Positions 1 through 6,400 of a DNA stretch of 6,400 bases are shown here, piece by piece. The position numbers were made by a program, and so were the translations under genes. Source of the stretch: Vitrella brassicaformis CCMP3155 (lineage: Eukaryota; Protista; Chromerida); assembly GCA_001179505.1 (NCBI GenBank), contig CDMY01001005.1, positions 1 to 6,400 on the forward strand, in the 5' to 3' direction. How positions within the stretch are numbered: the stretch's first letter is position 1; every line of letters starts with the position of its first letter. The notes under the pieces were generated by a model. That model worked only from the letters and a program-made list of their open reading frames with translations. It did not search any database and had not been told where the DNA came from.

Positions 1-196
1 CCACAAAATCCACAGACCTTACGTTGCATTGACTTAATCCTTTATCCGGGACTGACCGCCCGGCAGATCCTCTCTTCACCATTCTCCCCGACTCTCTCCC
101 ACCTATTCTTACATAACGTTCATTGAAGTTTGCGGCAGCCGTCCGCGTCGATCCTCCCGCCTCTTCGTCGAGCGAGTGCGGGAGCCTTCCGCCGCC

Positions 197-1799
197 ATGG
201 CGGGCCGGGAAGAGTACTCGGGAGGTGCCACTGGCACCAAAGACGCGGAGATGGCCACTCGACAAGGTGAGAGGGGATGAATGTCACTGTGAGTGTGCTT
301 CCTCACTCCATGGGTTTGCAATGGGCTGCCTTTGCGTTGTCAGATGGTATGCTGGCATCCTGAGTTTAGATGCATCGGAGTTTGGTCGGGCGCCACCTGG
401 AATGGTGAGGCACCACGACAGATGAGGCACTGCACGAGTCGCATCCCAGCGGTCTGTGTGCCTTCCGTTCTTCAGTGCGAAGGAGCACAAGGCCGAGGAC
501 AACGACCTGATGGCCAAGAAGAGCCCCCGAGCGGCTCTGGCGACTTACAAGAAGGCCATGGAGGCACTCGAGTCGGTCAAGTCCGTTGACATGGGGTCGT
601 GGATGGCCCACACCGACGAGGTGCGGCAGCTCACCATGAGCGTCTGGAGCAACTCGGCCCTCGCCGCCCTCAAGGCCGACCTGCCGGACGAGGCCCTCAC
701 CTACGCCGACCTGCTGCTGGCCCACGATGACACACACCCGAAGGTGACCACAGCACAACGAGAGATGAGTGCATTCATGGACTCATCTGTGTTTGTGTGT
801 GTGTGAATGTGTCTGCAGGCGTTGTTGCGTCGCGCCTGCGCCCGTCGGCTGTCTGGCGACTTCGATGGCGCCGTGGCCGACCTGCGCAAGCTGAAGGCGT
901 CACACGAGAGCTACGGCAGGGAGGCCGACGCCGAGATGGCCCTCCTCGCCCACCACATCCAGCAGCAGAAGGCCAAGGAGCACCAGGTGGGCAGACATCG
1001 ACATGGACGTGACGCGTGTGTGTGTGTATGTGTGTGTGTGTCTGCGTCTGTGTGTTGGCTCCAACAGCTGTTCGGTGGCATGTTTGAGAAGATGTCGCTG
1101 TACGGGGCTCCTGACGGGCGTGACCAGGGGGAGGGGGAGGGGTCTGAGGAGAAGAACTGGGTGATGATGGAACAAGACAACAGTCTCATCGAGTTGGGGA
1201 TGGGGTATGCCTTCCGCCCCGCCAAGGCCCTCAAAGGCACACAACACACCATCGGTCAGTGACACTGGCGAACAGAAGCACCTTCTGCACCCTGCAGATC
1301 CGTTCCCTCTCCTCCCTCTCTTGTGTGTGCAGAGTTGCCACCTCTGCGTTTCGACGACCAGCCATCGGACCACCCGGCGACGCGCAACGGTCCGGGCGTC
1401 TTCACCGTCGGCTCGGCCACCGCCACCGAGGGACGCACCAAGCGTGCCTCCCGCCGTCTGTCGGCTCGGCCGCTGCACTGCGTGAGCACCAAGACGCCCA
1501 ACCTGCCCACCGTCTCGAAAGGTGAGTGGCCTTCTATGTCGACACACACGAGATGGAAGTGCGAGACGATGCGGCATATGTGTGTGTGTGTGTGTGTGTG
1601 TGCAGAGAGTGTGTTCGTGTTTGGCGAGGACCAGCGTCTGCAGAAGGCGGACACCGAGACGGGCAGCGAGCCGACGACAGAGGACGGCACAGAGGGAGCG
1701 GCCCAGCAGCACATGGGATTCTGGAGCAAGGTGTGGTCCTTCCTGTTCCCGGAGGGCATGTGCTGCGGCTGGTGCCGGGAGGGACACACACACAACTGA
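197..1799 (+). CDS. Spliced gene for a 3-TPR Hsp90/Hsp70 co-chaperone-like protein (FKBP51/52/Cyp40-type TPR module, no PPIase domain); 5' end uncertain
   Basis: Exons: 197-266, 344-404, 476-743, 819-986, 1068-1254, 1333-1521, 1606-1799 (TGA 1797-1799). All introns are GT..AG (77, 71, 75, 81, 78, 84 nt) and phases match at every junction. The spliced protein has AKEHKAEDNDLMAKKSPRAALATYKKA (TPR1), VWSNSALAALKADLPDEALTYAD (TPR2), HPK|ALLRRACARRLSGDFDGAVADLRK (TPR3), then KAKEHQ|LFGGMF, resembling the post-TPR helix of large immunophilins. ATG197 has a gccgccATGG context, but exon 2 carries in-frame TGA361 and TAG367. The uninterrupted frame starts at ATG370 (346 aa). Exons from 476 onward are well supported; 197-404 less so. 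Confidence 0.85.
1579..1602 (+). repeat. (TG)12 microsatellite directly upstream of the intron 6 acceptor
   Basis: Perfect TG dinucleotide run ending just before CAG 1603-1605. Similar imperfect tracts occur near 790-812, 1016-1056 and 5769-5784. Confidence 0.95.
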
Positions 1800-2376
1800 C
1801 CCAACACACACTCACACATAACAAACACCCACAGACAGACTGATAGGGACAATAGGGGCGGGAGGAGACGATGGGGATGGCCTGGCTGTAAGGTTGGGTT
1901 TAACAGAACCAGAGAGATACGGCTGCTATGGGTGTCTGGCCTGCCTGCCAATGGTGTTATGGTCTTTTTTCCGACATCAGCGAAGCGTAACGTTGTGATG
2001 TCTCCGTCAGCCCACACTCACCCCATAGCCAAAGGCATCGGACTGTCACGCGTGCCTCTTTTTCGATTTGGCTCGATTTGTCCCGCTCTTCGTCTGTGAT
2101 TTGTCGTCGTTTGGCCGCCCTGCGTGTGCTGACTGTAATCTGTGTGTGTGTATTATCTGTGAGTATCTTGTTTGGCCTGTCTGCCCCGCCAATTTGTGAG
2201 TGCGTCGTGTGGCTGGTTCCGCGCATTTGTCGTCTGCCCGGGCGCCCGAGTGACTGACTGTACGGTATCTTTTCTTCCATCCACCACTCATCCCTCTCTC
2301 TAATCACAACACACACACACGTCAGGACGACACACAGGGGGGCAGGTGTAGGTGTGCGCATGGTGTTGTATGCCAC

Positions 2377-2404
2377 GACAGACAGACAGACAGACGGACG
2401 GACA
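2377..2404 (+). repeat. (GACA)4(GACG)2GACA compound microsatellite
   Basis: Read directly from the sequence. Confidence 0.9.
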
Positions 2405-2418
2405 AAGACTTTGGCTGG

Positions 2419-2613
2419 TCGGTCGGATGGGTGCCGCCTGTGGTGTCTGTCGTGGGTTTCATTATGTCGTCGTCGGTCAATATTTTCTCAATCTTTTGTT
2501 TTTAATGTGTTGGGCGTCGGGGGCACTCAGTGTGTCGGTCGACTGTGCTTATGGGCGGTTGGGCGAACTCACGGAATGGTTGGGAGTGTCAGCTGTCATC
2601 CGTCATCTTTTTG
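2419..2613 (+). repeat. Diverged non-coding direct repeat, copy 1 (partner 2940-3175)
   Basis: Colinear shared blocks: tcggtcggatgg; gggtgc; tgtcgtggg.ttcatt.tgtcgtcgtcggtc; tcttttgttt; actcag.gtgtcggt; cgactgtg..tatgggcg; atgg.tgg; ccgtc.tcttttt. Confidence 0.8.
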
Positions 2614-2707
2614 AAGAATGTATGTGTGTGACACAGGTGGATGGGTGGCTGGGTGGCTGTCGTCGTTTGTCGGTCTGTCTTTTTGTCACCGCAGCGCATT
2701 CCCTCGC

Positions 2708-2727
2708 CAGTCAGTCAGTCAGTCAGT
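2708..2727 (+). repeat. (CAGT)5 microsatellite
   Basis: Read directly from the sequence. Confidence 0.95.
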
Positions 2728-2939
2728 CCCCTGCTGCTCTGACCTCGCCGCTCCTCAGGAGTAGCGGGGGATCGATGGGCAGCGGTGGACGGGCCGGCCG
2801 GGGCAATGCAATGCATTGCGTGTTGTGTTTGTTCGTTTCCTCGCCACACCGCCTCGAAACCAGTCAGCCCATCACTGCTGTTGCCTTCCTCTGGCCGCGC
2901 CCTTGGCGAGCTGAGGAGACGGGCAGGCGTGGACACAAA

Positions 2940-3175
2940 TCGGTCGGATGGAGGGAGGGTTGGGTGCTGCGTATGGTCGGTGTCGTGGGGTTCATTTTGT
3001 CGTCGTCGGTCTATCGCTCCGTTTCTCCGTCTTTTGTTTCTCATCGGGTGGGCTGTCAGTCAGGGGAACTCAGCGTGTCGGTTTTTCTTTTGCCATTTTG
3101 TCGACTGTGTGTATGGGCGTTGGGGGGGACTTTGGGGATGGCTGGCGTGTTAGTATTTGACCCGTCTTCTTTTTG
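2940..3175 (+). repeat. Diverged non-coding direct repeat, copy 2 (partner 2419-2613)
   Basis: Same colinear blocks as 2419-2613, with insertions (e.g. ttttcttttgccattttgt before cgactg). Confidence 0.8.
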
Positions 3176-3707
3176 TGCGTGGGATGTCAAGGCGAGCATC
3201 ACCACGTGTGACAGCCAGCCCATCGACCACCCAGTTAGTCAATCTGTTTGTCTGTCTGTCTTGGCCTCACCTCGCCCTCCACACCCACACATAGCCAAGT
3301 CCTCTGATTGATGCATAGCCAAGCCAAGCCAAGTTGGGCTGTTTCCGTGTGCATGCCGTCTGTGTGTGGGTGTGTGTGGCAAGCACCCACCCTCCCACAC
3401 TACTCGCTCTCAGACAGAATCGAGGGGGCGGTGTAGTCTCTATCTACTGCTGCGTCCGCTGTGTGTGTGTGTGTGCGTGTTGGCTGTCTGTCTGTCTGTG
3501 GCAGGGTGGCTGTGTGCGAGTGACGTGTGCGCGTAATGATGGCGGTTTGTTAGAGCGAGGCGGGTGATATGCATACGGGTCTGTCTGATGGCCGGTGTAG
3601 ACACCACAGACAGACAATGATATCTTAGATGGGATCCCTCACAGCCATGGACGAGGGGGTGGGGCTGTGGTGCGATGTGTGCGGCTCAGCGTGCTTGATG
3701 GAGTGAA

Positions 3708-3936
3708 CTAGTCAACATGAATCGATGGACAGATGGCAGACTGATCAGACAAAGCCAAGTGCAATGGGAAAGAGCGCCTCCTCGCATCCGCGAGCTTAAA
3801 GGTTGAGCGGCGGGCGATCTCTTCTTCTTTTTTGGCGGCTGTAGGGCTGCGCGGAGTGGCTGTGTGGTGCACCAAGTGCCGCCGAGATGATATCGATCAG
3901 CAGGCGAGTCGTCATCTCCCGGCTGGCGGCGCTGAT
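3708..3936 (-). pseudogene. Short coding-like relic / possible frameshifted gene fragment
   Basis: The minus strand reads ATC AGC GCC GCC AGC CGG GAG ATG ACG ACT CGC CTG CTG ATC GAT ATC ATC TCG GCG... (ISAASREMTTRLLIDIISAAL...) with exon-like codons and stops at TAA 3798-3796. Removing one A from the A6 run (plus-strand T 3828-3833) continues as QKEEEIARRSTFKLADARRR to TAG 3710-3708. No family recognised. Confidence 0.35.
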
Positions 3937-4158
3937 CTGACCTCATCTCACAAAGTGAGACTGGGAGAGGGACAGAAAAGGCAATAGCGACGGCACTGCA
4001 TGTGTTCTCTGTGTGTGGCTGTGCCGTGGGTTGCGGGTGCCTGCTGTGACGGTCGCTGCCTGCCGGCTCAAGCTGCTGTGCGTTGAATCCAGCAGCCGTG
4101 GCAGCTTTATTGCCTCTTCCTCACGCTGAGTGAGAGCGGCGTCTGTCCATCAACGGTC

Positions 4159-4672
4159 AGACCAGCCATAGCAATCCGGGTGTGAGGGAGATCATGCCGT
4201 CGTATTGGTACTGGCGGCATGTGGCTGAGGATGGCGTGTGGCGCTGGTCCGTCAGACACGAGGTCAGCTGAATGGATGATGACAGCACTCGTCGAGGCTC
4301 CTCGGATGCAGTCGTTTCTCGGCTTGGTCTGTGTGCAGGTGAGGATTGCTGTGGTTCCCGCTGCTCACGAGGGCTGGTCCTACCGACTCACTTACGAGAG
4401 CGGACAGCCGCCCACAAAACACGACAAACAGGTCGGTGGCAGAGACGACACACCTGGCTGCATTCCCATCCCCTGTGTGTGTGCCGTCAGCCATGGCATC
4501 GTCTGTCCCGCGATGCACTCGTGTGCATCTTCGGCTACCTGTACCCGTGGGAGCTCGAGCGGCTGGACGCCTCGCTGGGCGCCCCGCTGTTCCTCCTCGC
4601 CGCCGCCCACTACTCACACCTCTCTCTCGATGCATCCGATGCCGAGGCCGCTCGCATCTGGACGGCCATGCG
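4159..4672 (+). repeat. Segmental direct repeat, copy A (514 bp; partner 5444-5973)
   Basis: Hand alignment from agaccagccatagca through ...atgcg gives 20 substitutions plus indels of 3, 7 and 6 nt. Confidence 0.97.
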
Positions 4673-4709
4673 TCACCGTCACCAAGCAGGGGGACCTCCT
4701 TTTGTCTGA
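4194..4709 (+). pseudogene. 3'-truncated copy (copy A) of the F-box-like gene; predicted 126 aa product
   Basis: Exons 4194-4262, 4339-4431, 4491-4709, with phase-0 GT..CAG introns of 76 and 59 nt. Translation: MPSYWYWRHVAEDGVWRWSVRHE|VRIAVVPAAHEGWSYRLTYESGQPPTKHDKQ|PWHRLSRDALVCIFGYLYPWELERLDASL...IWTAMR. Similarity to copy B stops abruptly at ~4672; unrelated codons then run to TGA 4707-4709. Confidence 0.7.
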
Positions 4710-5143
4710 GAGGGAGAGAGGGCGGCCTTTATCGCCGCTCTCCTCCATGTGCACTGGCTCGGGGGCAGCGGGCGTGTGGCTGGCCGTCGTGGTGGGGTGC
4801 GTCGGTATTCTTTATGTGTGTGTGCGTGTGTTGTGTGTCTGGATGGATGAATGGTCAGTGTACTGGCAGTTTCTTCAGTACCGTAGCGCAGGCACCCACT
4901 CACTGGTGTGTGTAGTTCGCTGGATGGCTTTCCTTCGCAAAGGTCACAGGTAGGGAGATTGACGCGGCATTGGTTGCCTGTAGATTCCGTGAGCACAGAC
5001 AGACAGGCAGGAGAGAGAGAGGTGTGCACTACTTCACGGGCAAGTCTGTCTGCCCGTCTGCCCTCTCGTCTGTCTGCCTGGTGTGTGTGAGGCAGCTTGC
5101 TGTGCTGAACCGCACACAACGTGTCGTCTTTCTGTGGTCGACG

Positions 5144-5443
5144 NNNNNNNNNNNNNNNNNNNNNNNNNNNNNNNNNNNNNNNNNNNNNNNNNNNNNNNNN
5201 NNNNNNNNNNNNNNNNNNNNNNNNNNNNNNNNNNNNNNNNNNNNNNNNNNNNNNNNNNNNNNNNNNNNNNNNNNNNNNNNNNNNNNNNNNNNNNNNNNNN
5301 NNNNNNNNNNNNNNNNNNNNNNNNNNNNNNNNNNNNNNNNNNNNNNNNNNNNNNNNNNNNNNNNNNNNNNNNNNNNNNNNNNNNNNNNNNNNNNNNNNNN
5401 NNNNNNNNNNNNNNNNNNNNNNNNNNNNNNNNNNNNNNNNNNN
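5144..5443. other. Assembly gap (300 N)
   Basis: Run of exactly 300 N. Confidence 1.
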
Positions 5444-5973
5444 AGACCAGCCATAGCAGTCCGGGTGTGAGGGAGATCATGCCGTCGTATTGGTACTGGC
5501 GGCATGTGGCTGAGGATGGCGTGTGGCGCTGGCGGTCCGTCAGACACGAGGTCAGCTGAATGGATGATGACAGCACTCGTCGAGGCTCCTCGGATGCAGT
5601 CGTCTCTCGGCTTGGTCTGTGTGCAGGTGAGGATTGCTGTGGTTCCCGCTGCTCACGAGGGCTGGTCCTACGGACTCACTCACGAGAGCGGACAGCCGCC
5701 CACAACACACGACAAACAGGTCGGTGGCAGAGACGACACACCTGGCTGCATTTCTCTCGTCCATCCCCTGTGTGTGTGTGTGTGCCGTCAGCCATGGCAT
5801 CGTCTGTCCCGCGATGAGCTCGTGTGCATCTTCGGCTATCTGTACCCGTGGGAGCTCGAGCGGCTGGAGGCCTCGCTGCGCACCCCGCTGTTCCTCCTCG
5901 CCCCCGCCCACTACTCACACCTCTCCATCGATGCATCCGATGCCGAGGCCGCTCGCCAGTGGGCGCACATGCG
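5444..5973 (+). repeat. Segmental direct repeat, copy B (530 bp; partner 4159-4672); left end hidden by the gap
   Basis: Begins at the first base after the N run and aligns to 4159-4672. Confidence 0.97.
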
Positions 5974-6400
5974 CCCTTCCGCCGCTGTCCAGTGGGGCAG
6001 CCGAGCGGTAAACCTCCGCACAATCACCCAGAAGCAGTCTCGAAGGAGCATCTACGGGCGCTCCCTTGTCTACTCGGGCTGGTGTATCGAGAAGATGGTG
6101 TGTTTGGTTGAGGGCCACGTGCGAGGTCGGGCGGCCATGATCGAGAGGCAGCAGAGGGCGGCGGGGGCGGCGGGGGGGCAGCCACAGCAGGAGGGGTCGC
6201 TCGAGCAGATCACGGTCACGGATGTCGACCGCCTCGTCGAGAAGGAGGATAGACAGCTTCAGCTGCCCCGCTTCGTCGGCCCCCCGATCACCTTCCATTC
6301 GCTGACTTCGATCATCGGCCTGGACGGCCACAGCAGCGACCTGTTTGACGAGCTCAAGTGGCGGATGCCCCGGCTGGAGGAGGTGCAGTTCAGGTCGTGG
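5479..6400 (+). CDS. Spliced gene (copy B) with an F-box-like motif, probable lineage-expanded family; 3' partial (258 aa visible)
   Basis: Exons 5479-5550 (24 codons), 5627-5719 (31 codons) and 5792->6400 (203 codons, no stop, so absent from the ORF track). Phase-0 GT..CAG introns of 76 and 72 nt. G/C-rich third positions. PWHRLSRDELVCIFGYLYPWELERL resembles the F-box pattern L..LP.E.L..IF.YL...EL..L. The distal sequence ends ...FDELKWRMPRLEEVQFRSW. Confidence 0.8.

Noticed and set aside
361-369. Stop-codon reassignment as the explanation for TGA/TAG in exon 2
   Set aside because: No other modelled exon (over 600 codons) has an internal stop, and TGA terminates the TPR gene normally at 1797.
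900-1811. 303-aa minus-strand ORF (also 366-758, 1256-2017, 1522-1821)
   Set aside because: Antisense shadows of GC3-rich exons and (GT)n introns (HTHTHT runs). The + strand spliced model explains the region.
2185-2240. AATTTGTG resembling an Sm site, suggesting an snRNA or SL RNA
   Set aside because: No U1 5' ACTTACCTG, U2 branch-pairing or U5 loop sequence nearby, and no convincing flanking stems.
2808-2819. Perfect 12-bp palindrome GCAATGCATTGC
   Set aside because: A single short palindrome with no supporting context; not strong evidence on its own.
2352-3311. 319-aa + strand ORF
   Set aside because: The strand is A-poor and G/T-rich, which suppresses stop codons. The product is C/V/G/L-rich microsatellite translation with no motif, and it runs across the non-coding direct repeat.
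3312-3340. (GCCAA)3 short tandem repeat and nearby atagccaag duplicates
   Set aside because: Too short, with no spacer structure; not CRISPR-like or telomeric.
4219-4953. 244-aa ORF as a standalone gene
   Set aside because: Only the part over exon 2 is in the true frame; the rest crosses introns or is shifted. The distal part is discussed separately as a breakpoint finding.
4994-5082. Apparent inverted repeat (cagacagacaggcag ... gtctgtctgcctg)
   Set aside because: Built from complementary GACA/TGTC microsatellite units common across the window. No TSD or defined termini to support a MITE.
4970-5576. ORFs spanning the N run
   Set aside because: Artefacts of translating N as X.
5915-6331. 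138-aa minus-strand ORF
   Set aside because: Antisense to the open + strand exon 5792-6400.

Overview
This is GC-rich, intron-dense eukaryotic genomic DNA. Introns are about 60-85 nt, GT...CAG, and most have (GT)n tracts before the acceptor. That style suggests the chromerid Vitrella brassicaformis or a similar protist (inference only). The window holds: (1) a 7-exon + strand gene (197/370-1799) for a three-TPR, FKBP/Cyp40-type chaperone-binding protein with no PPIase domain, a Cys-rich C-terminal tail and two in-frame stops in its apparent second exon; (2) about 2.3 kb of mostly non-coding, microsatellite-rich DNA containing a diverged ~200-240 bp direct repeat and a short coding-like minus-strand relic; (3) two tandem copies of a 3-exon F-box-like gene on either side of a 300-N assembly gap, the first truncated (4194-4709) and the second open to the window end (5479->6400). 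I found no RNA genes, CRISPR arrays or recognisable transposon, and no clearly new biological system. The most interesting signals are gene birth/decay signatures and the unusual domain layouts of the two proteins.
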